A DNA stretch of 26,523 nucleotides from a virus. Its lineage: Duplodnaviria; Heunggongvirae; Uroviricota; Caudoviricetes. Position numbers and translations under genes: made by a program. Positions 7,732 through 15,803 of this stretch are shown here, piece by piece; within the stretch, counting starts at the first letter, position 1; the number at the start of each line of letters is the position of its first letter. The stretch spans positions 64,001 to 90,523 of the IMG/VR virus record IMGVR_UViG_3300037418_003165. One strand, written 5' to 3'. Below the pieces are notes generated by a model that worked only from the letters and a program-made list of their open reading frames with translations, ran no database searches and was not told the origin of the DNA.

Positions 7732-8997
7732 ATGGGGATCTTCTCCCGCGGCCGGCCGATCCAGCGCATCTACCTGGGAGAGCGCCGAGTCGCGCGCGTC
7801 TACCTCGGTGAGCGACTGGTGTGGTCGGACGTCGGGATCGGTGTCATCGGCACTACCGCGGCCGTGATGACCGCCGCCATGCACGCACCGCTGGTGACAC
7901 CCGGCTTCGGCGCGCCCGTCGCCACGATAGCTATGCAGATGCCGGCACCGGTGGTGCACGTGCATGCCGCGGTGCAGGCACCGCGCGCGACGATGTCGCT
8001 GTCGATGCACGCCGCCGACACGCCGCGCGTGGCCGTGGCCCCCGCCGCGACCATGTCGGTGTCGATGATCGCGCCGTCGTTCATCGACGCAGAGGTGGTC
8101 TCGCCGCCGTCGATCATGGTCGCGGTGATGATGCCGCCACCGATCGTCGGCATCACCGCCGCGCCGCCGGCCATGGGCCTCACCACGAGCATGCCGGCAC
8201 CGGCTGCGTCCGGATCGTCCACCGTTTCGCCCGCGGCCGCGCAGATGAACCTCGCGGCGCCGCTACCCGCGTATGCGATCGCGATGACCGCGATAGCGAT
8301 GGCGCTGTCCACTGCGGCGCAAGCTCCCACGATGACCGCGACCGCGCTGGTCACCCCGCCGTCGGGCGTAATGAATCTGTCGGCCCCGGTCCCTGTCGCG
8401 GGCGTGGCCGTCGCGCCACCGGCCATGGGAATGACGACTGCCGCAGCCGCGCCGACGGTCAGCGCGGGGAGCTCGCCGTCACCCACCGCCGGGATTCTCA
8501 ACCTCAGCGCACCGACCCCGGTGGTCAAGGCCTCGTCGTCTGTGGCGCCGCCCGCGGCCACGGCATCACTGTCTGCTCCGGCGCCGGTGGTGACCGCGGT
8601 GAACTTCCTGCCGTCCGGTATGTACAAGAACGGGACCTTCTCAGTCCCGAACACCTACACGGTGATCCCGAACTGGACCGCCGACACTGCCGGATACCCC
8701 GGGTCGTCTCTGTCAGGCAACGGCCTGGTTGTCCAGGGCAACAAGACCGGAGCCACAATCACCGCCAACATTCCTTGGACGAGCTCGTTCTCCATCACAG
8801 TGACCGTGCGGATCTATCAGGGCGCCACCATGATTGCGCAGGGAACCGGGGTGACCGCTGTCGGTGGCACATCGACCGCGACGGCGACCGGCGTGTCCGT
8901 GGCCTCCGGGGACGTGATCACCGTGCAAATTATCGGCAGCAGCGGCGGATTCGCGACCGTCACCTCCGGCACAGGCACTTACGTGCGCGTCACATAG
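7732..8997 (+). CDS. Tail fibre/minor tail protein with Ala/Pro-rich repeats, 421 aa
   Basis: N-terminal RIYLGERRVARVYLGERLVW motif, central ~42-aa repeats, and a C-terminal FLPSGMYKNG..WTADTAGYPGS beta-rich domain as in mycobacteriophage minor tail proteins. Confidence 0.75.
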   Translation: MGIFSRGRPIQRIYLGERRVARVYLGERLVWSDVGIGVIGTTAAVMTAAMHAPLVTPGFGAPVATIAMQMPAPVVHVHAAVQAPRATMSLSMHAADTPRVAVAPAATMSVSMIAPSFIDAEVVSPPSIMVAVMMPPPIVGITAAPPAMGLTTSMPAPAASGSSTVSPAAAQMNLAAPLPAYAIAMTAIAMALSTAAQAPTMTATALVTPPSGVMNLSAPVPVAGVAVAPPAMGMTTAAAAPTVSAGSSPSPTAGILNLSAPTPVVKASSSVAPPAATASLSAPAPVVTAVNFLPSGMYKNGTFSVPNTYTVIPNWTADTAGYPGSSLSGNGLVVQGNKTGATITANIPWTSSFSITVTVRIYQGATMIAQGTGVTAVGGTSTATATGVSVASGDVITVQIIGSSGGFATVTSGTGTYVRVT

Positions 8998-9013
8998 CCG
9001 CATCTCCACGCAG

Positions 9014-9052
9014 CGACGCCCCCCACCTCCGCAATGGAGGTGGGGGGCGTCG
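9014..9052. terminator. Bidirectional terminator-like hairpin ending the structural operon
   Basis: Perfect 17-bp inverted repeat CGACGCCCCCCACCTCC-gcaat-GGAGGTGGGGGGCGTCG between convergent genes. Confidence 0.85.
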
Positions 9053-9069
9053 TCGTATTTCCGGCCCCA

Positions 9070-9360
9070 CTACTTCGGCTCGTGGATGTTCCCGTCCAAG
9101 TCGCGTACTCGGTTGGTCGGCGTCCGATAGGGCTCGCCGCGCATGGTCGCGGACAGCCGCCGGTCCAGTTCCGCGACATCGACACCGAGCTTCTTCAGCT
9201 CCTGCGTCGGGAGTGCGTCCGGATCCCGCAGCACCGAAAGGACTACGTGTTCGACGCCGATCCGCCTGTGGCCTGCGTCGGCCGCGATATCCGCGGCGTC
9301 GGCCAAGACCTGATTGAGCCGGGGCGTGCGCCAGGGGTGGCTGCGATCCATGTTCTCCAT
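9070..9360 (-). CDS. Stand-alone single Clp N-terminal (Clp_N repeat) domain protein, 96 aa
   Basis: TPRLNQVLADAADIAADAGHRRIGVEHVVLSVLRDPD..LKKLGVDVAELDRRL matches one ClpA/B/C N-domain repeat; no AAA+ module. Confidence 0.85.
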   Translation of the reverse strand: MENMDRSHPWRTPRLNQVLADAADIAADAGHRRIGVEHVVLSVLRDPDALPTQELKKLGVDVAELDRRLSATMRGEPYRTPTNRVRDLDGNIHEPK

Positions 9361-9376
9361 CCTCGCCTCTTCTTCC

Positions 9377-9685
9377 TCACATCAGGAGGATTTCGTTCCA
9401 CTCCCAGCCATCTGGTCCGAAGAGATCGTTGACGAACTTGCACACGAACAGGTGCCTGCCGCCGTGCGCATCTTCGGTCTCCACACGCTGGCCGTCGTTC
9501 TCCGGGCCGCATCGCTGCCGCGGATACCCATTCGAATCGGCGGGCACCCGCGGCGACAGCCGGGTGGGGGCCGCCGGTGTCACGACAGCGGATGCCGCCG
9601 TCGCCGAGGCCGTGAGTGCCGCGCCCGGCAGCACCGCCGCGGTGATCAGTGCGAGGATTGCCAGCGGCCGACGCACTCTACGCAT
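9377..9685 (-). CDS. Small secreted protein with two Cys, 102 aa
   Basis: GGAG RBS before ATG 9685. Basic N-terminus, hydrophobic h-region and Ala-rich cleavage region (MRRVRRPLAILALITAAVLPGAALTASATAASA). Confidence 0.7.
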   Translation of the reverse strand: MRRVRRPLAILALITAAVLPGAALTASATAASAVVTPAAPTRLSPRVPADSNGYPRQRCGPENDGQRVETEDAHGGRHLFVCKFVNDLFGPDGWEWNEILLM

Positions 9686-9934
9686 GTTCTTCTCCATTCA
9701 GGCTGCCCCGGCATATGCCGGGCTGGACTGCTGGGATGTTCGCGGCCAGCGCCGCGCGGTCGCGATCGGTCGCCGTGAGCGCCGCACGGCCGCCGGGCTG
9801 CCAGTCACGAAGCCCGGCGAGGACAGCGCGCAGTAGCGACATCCACGCCAGCCCCTGAGGGCCGGAGTACGAAGCGATCGGCTGCGGAACACGTTGGGGG
9901 AGGCCAGAATCCGCTCGCAGGATGTGAGCGGATG

Positions 9935-10219
9935 TCATGGTTGCTCCGATGCTGGCTGAATGTATTCCTGAAGCCACTTGTCCGCAGTGACTTTCGCGTC
10001 GTCGACGCCGAGCGCGGATGCCTCGCGCCTGAGCTGGCCGGCCTGGCTGACCGCCCAGCCCACAGTTGTTGACGTGGTCGCACGCACTACTGCCCGCACC
10101 TGGGCATGCTCTACCGTTTTCGCCAGCCGCCATTCGCGGTAGTCGCCCTCGAGCAACCATCCGTCGGTAGCATCTGTCTCCCGGATGGGGCCGAATGGCT
10201 CGCGTGTGTGGTCACTCAT
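9935..10219 (-). CDS. Hypothetical protein, 94 aa
   Basis: ATG 10219 overlaps the stop of the upstream gene (coupled operon); protein-like composition. Confidence 0.6.
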   Translation of the reverse strand: MSDHTREPFGPIRETDATDGWLLEGDYREWRLAKTVEHAQVRAVVRATTSTTVGWAVSQAGQLRREASALGVDDAKVTADKWLQEYIQPASEQP

Positions 10220-10688
10220 CGGCTTTACCGCCCAACGCTGCGGTGCTGGCGTACAGGGCGCCCAGCACATCGTCGATGGAGGGGAAGATCATGCCGCGGT
10301 GCGGAATGCCGGAAACCCAATGGAACGGGCAATCCGGAGAGCCGGGCAGGACGATCGTGCTGCCCTTCTCCGAAATTGTTACCCCGAGTCCGGTCAGCTG
10401 TCGGATGGTCGTCTCGTCGGGCTTGCGGCCGTAGGCGACCAGAACGATCGTGCGCTGAGTCATCGCGTTCTGGATGACGGGAGCATGCTGCAGCTGAAAT
10501 GGGATGCCCGCGGCCAACTTCGATGGCATCGATATTGCACCGAAAACCTCATTGAGGCGCATCCGGATCCAGTCGCGCCCGGTTTCGCTGGTAGCCAGAT
10601 ACACCGGCAACGACAGGGCTTGGTAGACGTGCAGCTGGGTGTGGACCCCAGGATCGGTCTTCACCGTGGTCTGCAAGGGCTCTGTCAT
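10212..10688 (-). CDS. Hypothetical protein, 158 aa; C-terminal half weakly resembles a degenerate Prim-Pol domain
   Basis: Coupled operon gene. KGSTIVLPGS..PFHW recalls the G-x-YVVAPPS..Y-x-W segment of bifunctional primase-polymerases, but catalytic motifs are not evident. Confidence 0.55.
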   Translation of the reverse strand: MTEPLQTTVKTDPGVHTQLHVYQALSLPVYLATSETGRDWIRMRLNEVFGAISMPSKLAAGIPFQLQHAPVIQNAMTQRTIVLVAYGRKPDETTIRQLTGLGVTISEKGSTIVLPGSPDCPFHWVSGIPHRGMIFPSIDDVLGALYASTAALGGKADE

Positions 10689-10918
10689 CAGATCGACCCC
10701 ATTTCCGGCGTGACGAAATCGCGACGCGCCAAAGAGACGGTAGGAGAGGGCAATTGCGGAAAGAACAGGCGGCGGAGCTTGTTCACGACACCCGCGATGC
10801 GCCGTGGTTGCGCGTGCTCGCGGTGGGCATCACGCCGCGACAGGAGCCTGGCCACCAGGTGTGCGCCGGCGACCGTCGCGGCGGCGGCCGCGAAGACGAG
10901 CAGATCGAACCTCGTCAT
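10688..10918 (-). CDS. Small membrane-anchored protein, 76 aa
   Basis: N-terminal hydrophobic helix and basic tail; start and stop overlap both neighbours. Confidence 0.6.
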   Translation of the reverse strand: MTRFDLLVFAAAAATVAGAHLVARLLSRRDAHREHAQPRRIAGVVNKLRRLFFPQLPSPTVSLARRDFVTPEMGSI

Positions 10919-11265
10919 GCCGGCACCTTCAGATCGGGATTTTCATAGACACCGTGCGCCAGGGCGCGTTCGCCGGCGATGGTGACGACCTGGACCATCT
11001 TCTGAACTGTGCTCAACGTCGTGACCGGTTGCAGATGGCGAAGCTCCGGGACTATCGCTGCCTCGGCGTGCGCTCGCCGAATCGCGTCGAACACTGCCGA
11101 TTCCGGTGCTGAGATGTCGAGATCGACGATTGCCGCGAGCTCCAGATTCAGCCTCTGGGCGAGGTCACGGATCTGGGCGCGGTGGATTTCGCGATACGGA
11201 CCCGATATATCCGGTGAGAGACAGCCTATGGCGATGCGGGCGCCGCCCGCGTCGAAGGTTCCCAT
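10915..11265 (-). CDS. Hypothetical protein resembling a degenerate resolvase N-terminal fold, 116 aa
   Basis: GAAGG RBS before ATG 11265. AIGCLSPDISG..QIRDLAQRLNLEL..AAIVPELRHL pattern; the catalytic Y-x-R-x-S is not conserved. Confidence 0.55.
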   Translation of the reverse strand: MGTFDAGGARIAIGCLSPDISGPYREIHRAQIRDLAQRLNLELAAIVDLDISAPESAVFDAIRRAHAEAAIVPELRHLQPVTTLSTVQKMVQVVTIAGERALAHGVYENPDLKVPA

Positions 11266-11416
11266 GGTGATGATGCCTTCCCGTGTGCGGGCGGTAAGCC
11301 CTTCTCCGGTTGCTCGTCGATAGCGCGCCTGGCCAGGCAAGACGACCGGTTTCGCGGTAGCGGAAAGGGCCGCCTGGTCGGGCGTGTGCACTAAACGTAG
11401 ATATCGGGCGCGGCGA

Positions 11417-11440
11417 AGACTCATATAAAAATATGAGTCT
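11417..11440. promoter_or_regulatory. Perfect palindromic operator in the divergent promoter region
   Basis: AGACTCATAT-aaaa-ATATGAGTCT (10-bp arms), AT-rich, over the predicted -35 region of the XRE gene. -10 TAGCCT at 11448-11453 lies 6 nt before ATG 11460. Confidence 0.8.
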
Positions 11441-11459
11441 CGGCCTGTAGCCTCGTGGT

Positions 11460-12695
11460 ATGAGCACAGAGCTGCCATCCCTGACGCAGGGGATCGGCGA
11501 TCGCATCCGCATCTACCGTCAGGCCGCCGGCCTCTCTCAAACCCAACTCGCTGCCTTGATCAAAAAGTCAGGGGTCTGGGTGTCCCAAGTCGAGCGCGGC
11601 ATCAGCCACTGCGATCGACTGACCGACATCGTCAATATCGCCGAAGCGTGCCGCTGCATGCCGCAGGACTTGCTAGGCGGTTCGATCAACGCGCTTTCGC
11701 CCAAGGCGACACCACGACGCGAGCAGGTCGCCGAGGTGCGCGAAGTCATCATGCGAACAGCGCTGCCGCTCGTCCAGCCGTCATCGGCCCCGACCTCCTC
11801 GCTCGACGAGGTTTCCACGCGAGTCGCGCAGGCCTGGACGACCTGGCACAAGTCTCCGACCGCACACGGGTCGGTTGGCCGGGTGCTTCCACAGCTCATC
11901 CTCGACGCCAACGCCACCTACCTCGCAGCTGGGGATGAGCACCGCCGCGCGGCGCGAACCCTCGCCGGCACATGGCAAATCACCCGCCAGTGGCTGCACC
12001 ACCTCCCCGAACCAGAACTCGCATGGGTCGTCGCCGAGCGGTCGGTCACAGCCGCCCGCGAAGCTGACGACCCGTACCTCCTCGCCCTGGGCGCCTGGGC
12101 CATGTCCGCGAGCTACCGGCGCGCCGGACAGCAGGAAGAAGCCACGCGCGTTTGCTTGGCCGCCGCCGACGACCTCAAACGTCGTCTTGGCGACGACCCG
12201 GCCAACGAGTTGCTCGCCGCCTACGGGATGCTCAACCTCGCAGCGGCGATCTCCTCAGCCCAGTCCGACGAGTCCAGCAAAGCATGGGCGCTGCACCAGG
12301 CCGCCGAAGAAGCGGCGCGGGCGCTCGGCACGACATACGACCCATGGACCATGTTCGGCATCGGCAACGTCGACATCCACGGCCTGGCCATCTCCGCCGA
12401 ACTCGGTGATCACGACGCCGTGGTCGACAAGATCTCACGTCTGGACATCGACAGAGTCCCGTCCGTCGAGCGCCGTGCGCGGCCGCTCATCGACGCCGCT
12501 CGCGGTTACGTCAAGCGCAAGGATGATCTCTCCGCGGTGATGGCACTGCTGCAAGCAGAGAAGATCAGCGCCGACGACGTCCACGACTCTGGCCTGGTCC
12601 GGGAATTGGTCCGCGAGTTGCTGATGCGAGATCATGCCCGCGCCCGCGCCGACGTGCGAGCCCTCGCCGTCCGCTGCCACTTGCTCATCGACTAG
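11460..12695 (+). CDS. XRE-family HTH regulator with long helical (TPR-like) C-terminal domain, 411 aa
   Basis: IGDRIRIYRQAAGLSQTQLAALIKKSGVWVSQVERG HTH followed by an Ala/Leu-rich helical region; actinomycete ~400-aa XRE architecture. Confidence 0.85.
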   Translation: MSTELPSLTQGIGDRIRIYRQAAGLSQTQLAALIKKSGVWVSQVERGISHCDRLTDIVNIAEACRCMPQDLLGGSINALSPKATPRREQVAEVREVIMRTALPLVQPSSAPTSSLDEVSTRVAQAWTTWHKSPTAHGSVGRVLPQLILDANATYLAAGDEHRRAARTLAGTWQITRQWLHHLPEPELAWVVAERSVTAAREADDPYLLALGAWAMSASYRRAGQQEEATRVCLAAADDLKRRLGDDPANELLAAYGMLNLAAAISSAQSDESSKAWALHQAAEEAARALGTTYDPWTMFGIGNVDIHGLAISAELGDHDAVVDKISRLDIDRVPSVERRARPLIDAARGYVKRKDDLSAVMALLQAEKISADDVHDSGLVRELVRELLMRDHARARADVRALAVRCHLLID

Positions 12696-12697
12696 AC

Positions 12698-14218
12698 ATG
12701 CGCCGATCTGATGGAATGGGCCGGATGACGAGCCGTATCGCCTACCGCGCCGCCGACGTACAGGCCGCTGTAGCAAAAGAATTGGAGACCGGCCGACCCG
12801 ATCGTCTTCTCCGCAAGGCCGCCGCGGGGCTGGCCGTGGTGTGCGCCGAGCAATTGGAGCAACACCACGGCACGATCTACGGACGCCGCGTAACCCTGCT
12901 GGTCGGCACCGGGCACAACGGGGCAGATGCGCTGCTGGCAGGAATCCGCCTGCGCCGCCGTGGCGTGAAGGTCACCGCGGTGCTCACCGGCGACACCGCA
13001 TACAAACCCGGAGTAGCTCAGCTCCGCGCAGCAAGCGGTCGCATCATCGCCGCTGACGATGTGAAGGCCGCGCAGCTCGCGCTCCGCGCAGCGGATCTCG
13101 TCGTCGACGGGATCATTGGCGAAAGCGGTGTCGGCGGCCTCCGCGATCGTGCCGCGCACCTGGCCGCCGCGGTCCCGGCCGACACGCCAGTCGTCGCGGT
13201 CGACCTTCCCAGCGGGATCGATCCGGATACTGGCGAAGTCCGCGGCTCGCACATGCGGGCCGATATCACCGTGACGTTCGGCGCGTGGAAGGGCTGTGCG
13301 ATCCTTCCGCCGGCCAGCAACCTCGTCGGCGAGCTGCGTTTCGTCGACGTGGGGCTGCCGCAGATCGAGGCCGCTCCGATCGCCCGCAGCCTCGACAGCA
13401 GCGGAATCGCCGCACTCTGGCCGAAACCGCCGAAAGCAGCACACAAGTACACGCGAGGGGTGCTCGGCATCGTCGCAGGCTCCGACACCTACCCGGGTGC
13501 GGCGGTGCTCGCGGTCGTCGGTGCGGTCGAGTCCGGTGCGGCTGGAATCGCGCGGTTCGTCGGGCCCGAAGGCGTTACCGCCAAGGTACTTTCAGCCGCT
13601 CCGGAAGCAGTCCCCGGTATCGGCCAGGTGCAGGCGTGGCTGCTCGGCTCCGGAGTCGAAGATGACGAGGACCAGGACAAGGCGATCGACACAGCGCTCG
13701 CGAGCGGTCTGCCCTGCGTCGTCGACGCTGGAGCACTCGAAGCGTGTACTCAGCGCCGCCTCAACGGTGAACGAGCCGCGGCCGCCGACAAGATCCTGCT
13801 GACACCCCACGCGGGAGAGGTCGCGCGGATCCTGGGCTGGCTCGGACAACCCGCCACGCGGTCCGAAATCGAGGCGCGGCCACTGCATTACGGACACTTG
13901 GTCGCGAGCGCCCTCGAAGTCACGGTGCTGGTCAAGGGGCCCACGACGATCATCGTCGATCCATCCGGCTTCGCAGCCAGCCAGGCCGAAGCGCCGGCAT
14001 GGCTGGCGACGGCCGGCGCTGGCGATGTTCTCGCGGGTATCGCCGGTGCCCTGATGGCGGCCGGGCTGAAAGCGATCGACGCCGGCGAGGCGGCGGCGCA
14101 CATTCATGGTCGCGCGGCGATGGTCGCCCACCAATCCCGCAGCGGCGGCCCGCTGACGGCCTCCGCAGTCGCCAAGGCGGCGCCAGCCGTGATCGGAGCC
14201 ATGCTGGCCTCGGCATAG
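12698..14218 (+). CDS. nnr: Bifunctional NAD(P)H-hydrate epimerase/dehydratase (YjeF_N NnrE fused to NnrD); true start may be ATG 12725
   Basis: NnrE motifs GTGHNGADAL, VVDGIIG, VAVDLPSG and TVTFG; NnrD motifs HKYTRG, GSDTYPGAAVL, VVDAGAL, LLTPHAGE, VLVKG, ATAGAGDVLAG and HGRAA. Confidence 0.92.
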   Translation: MRRSDGMGRMTSRIAYRAADVQAAVAKELETGRPDRLLRKAAAGLAVVCAEQLEQHHGTIYGRRVTLLVGTGHNGADALLAGIRLRRRGVKVTAVLTGDTAYKPGVAQLRAASGRIIAADDVKAAQLALRAADLVVDGIIGESGVGGLRDRAAHLAAAVPADTPVVAVDLPSGIDPDTGEVRGSHMRADITVTFGAWKGCAILPPASNLVGELRFVDVGLPQIEAAPIARSLDSSGIAALWPKPPKAAHKYTRGVLGIVAGSDTYPGAAVLAVVGAVESGAAGIARFVGPEGVTAKVLSAAPEAVPGIGQVQAWLLGSGVEDDEDQDKAIDTALASGLPCVVDAGALEACTQRRLNGERAAAADKILLTPHAGEVARILGWLGQPATRSEIEARPLHYGHLVASALEVTVLVKGPTTIIVDPSGFAASQAEAPAWLATAGAGDVLAGIAGALMAAGLKAIDAGEAAAHIHGRAAMVAHQSRSGGPLTASAVAKAAPAVIGAMLASA

Positions 14219-14296
14219 GGCGAGGCGTTGCGCCACTTCTGTTCTCGGGCTATGTACTCTGACCTGTGGTGATGATTCCAGAGCACAGCGTTTGAC

Positions 14297-14328
14297 GAGA
14301 TGGGCCGCCCTTCCGGGCGGCCCATCTC
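14297..14328. terminator. Bidirectional terminator-like hairpin between convergent genes
   Basis: Perfect 14-bp stem GAGATGGGCCGCCC-ttcc-GGGCGGCCCATCTC, then TGTTTT. Confidence 0.85.
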
Positions 14329-14334
14329 TGTTTT

Positions 14335-14970
14335 CTAGTAGCAGAAGTGGTAGTCGCCGTAGTAGTCGCAGTCCTTCTGGTACTCCCACTTATCCGGCAC
14401 GTCGCTGTTCGGGATCGCCGCGCCGGCGGCGCCGCCGATCAGACCACCGACCAGCAGGCCGCCGATCAGGCCGACGGGCAACGTAATCGGCAGGAGCAGG
14501 CCCTCGGTTGCGATACCGGCGATGAGGCCGATGAAGCCGCCAGCCAAGGCGCCGACGATCATGCCGACCGCGGCGCCGCCGCCGATACTGCGCGAGCGCG
14601 GTGAGGTGAGCTCCCAGTGGCCGATGTCGCTGGCCTTCGCGACGAGCTTGGTGCCGGACTTGTCCAGGTGCGGATCCAGCGCGATCCCGTGGCTGGCGAT
14701 CGGGAAGGCCAACGGAACCGTGGTGACCACGGTGCCGTCGCTTGCCGTCACGACCACCTCGTCGGTGTCGATGCGGAACCGGCCGCCGGTGATGTCAGCG
14801 ACCAGAGTGGTGCCTTCCCGGCTGAGGTTGTAGCTGACCCCGTGGTCGATCCCGTGGGTGCTGGTCGGCAGCGTGGAGGTCGCTGCCGGGTCGGCGGCCG
14901 CCGTGCAGTAGGTGACGGTCGTCGCGGCTGCGGCGAAGGCTGCGGTCGCGGCCAGCTGGCGGATCTTCAT
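14335..14970 (-). CDS. Exported protein with C-terminal glycine-zipper hydrophobic hairpin, 211 aa (Nocardia-type family)
   Basis: Signal peptide MKIRQLAATAAFAAAATTVTYCTAAA; beta-rich middle; GxxxG array GAAVGMIVGALAGGFIG..GLIGGLLVGGLIGGAAGAAI; terminal Cys pair. Confidence 0.8.
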   Translation of the reverse strand: MKIRQLAATAAFAAAATTVTYCTAAADPAATSTLPTSTHGIDHGVSYNLSREGTTLVADITGGRFRIDTDEVVVTASDGTVVTTVPLAFPIASHGIALDPHLDKSGTKLVAKASDIGHWELTSPRSRSIGGGAAVGMIVGALAGGFIGLIAGIATEGLLLPITLPVGLIGGLLVGGLIGGAAGAAIPNSDVPDKWEYQKDCDYYGDYHFCY

Positions 14971-15074
14971 TTGTGTGAATTCCTCTATGTGAGTGGGCAA
15001 TTGGAACGCCGCCGCTTCGGGCGGACAACTAGGGGTTGGATAGCGCGCGCCGGATGGCCGGCGCGGTCGGTGAA

Positions 15075-15803
15075 TCAGGAGGAGAGGGACGGCGGATCGG
15101 ACCACAGACCGCCGCCGAAACTGCTCCAGCGCGCTGACTGCAGCGCCAGGCTCTGCTGTGCGGCTCGGAGTTCCTCGCGGGCCTCTTCGACTTGCTCGCG
15201 CAGTGCTCGCGCGTCGTTGGCGTGCTTGAGGCGCTCGCTCTCGATGGCGCGCGTGCACCGGTCCCGCTCGCTCGCGATCTCGACCCGGTGCTTGTCGAGG
15301 ATCTCCTGCACCGCTTCGTCATGGCCCTGCTGTGCGCGCTGCAGGTTTTCCTCCGACGAGTGATGCATTTGCAGCAGCGATGCGCTGTGGGCCTCGTGCA
15401 GGCGTTCGATGCGATCGCGGAGCTCGGCGATCTGCTCGTTGGCTCGGTCGAGCTGGTTTTCGGCGCGCAGGCGTGCGCGCTCGGATTCCTCCAGCCGCAC
15501 GGTGGTCTCGGTCAGTCGGTCCGGCTCGAGGATGGTTGCGGGCTGCGGTGCCGGTGGGGTCATCGGTGCCGCCTCCTCGTTGCCGGCCTGGGCCGCCGCG
15601 ATCTTTTCTTCGTTCTGGCGGGCATTGCGGGCGTTGTGGGTGGGATCGTCGCAGTACTTCGGTGGCGCCCCGACGAGGTTTCGGCGCCGGACGTCTCGGT
15701 TGCAAACCTGACCGTCGAGGGTTCGGAACGGGCAGGAACCGATTACCGGTCCAGGGGGAGGGTTCGATACCGGTCTCAAATGGCGCGCGGGTTCGGATTC
15801 CAT
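15075..15803 (-). CDS. Protein with N-terminal Cys/His putative Zn motif and long coiled coil, 242 aa
   Basis: CPF..VC..GAPPKYCDDPTH, then about 120 residues of heptads. Architecture recalls coiled-coil DNA-binding proteins of actinobacterial mobile elements. Confidence 0.7.
   Translation of the reverse strand: MESEPARHLRPVSNPPPGPVIGSCPFRTLDGQVCNRDVRRRNLVGAPPKYCDDPTHNARNARQNEEKIAAAQAGNEEAAPMTPPAPQPATILEPDRLTETTVRLEESERARLRAENQLDRANEQIAELRDRIERLHEAHSASLLQMHHSSEENLQRAQQGHDEAVQEILDKHRVEIASERDRCTRAIESERLKHANDARALREQVEEAREELRAAQQSLALQSARWSSFGGGLWSDPPSLSS

Noticed and set aside
8998-9069. Possible attR or prophage end after the tail genes
   Set aside because: Only a terminator hairpin is visible, with no half-site matching either arm of 16653-16700. 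A boundary made by a different integrase cannot be excluded from this window.
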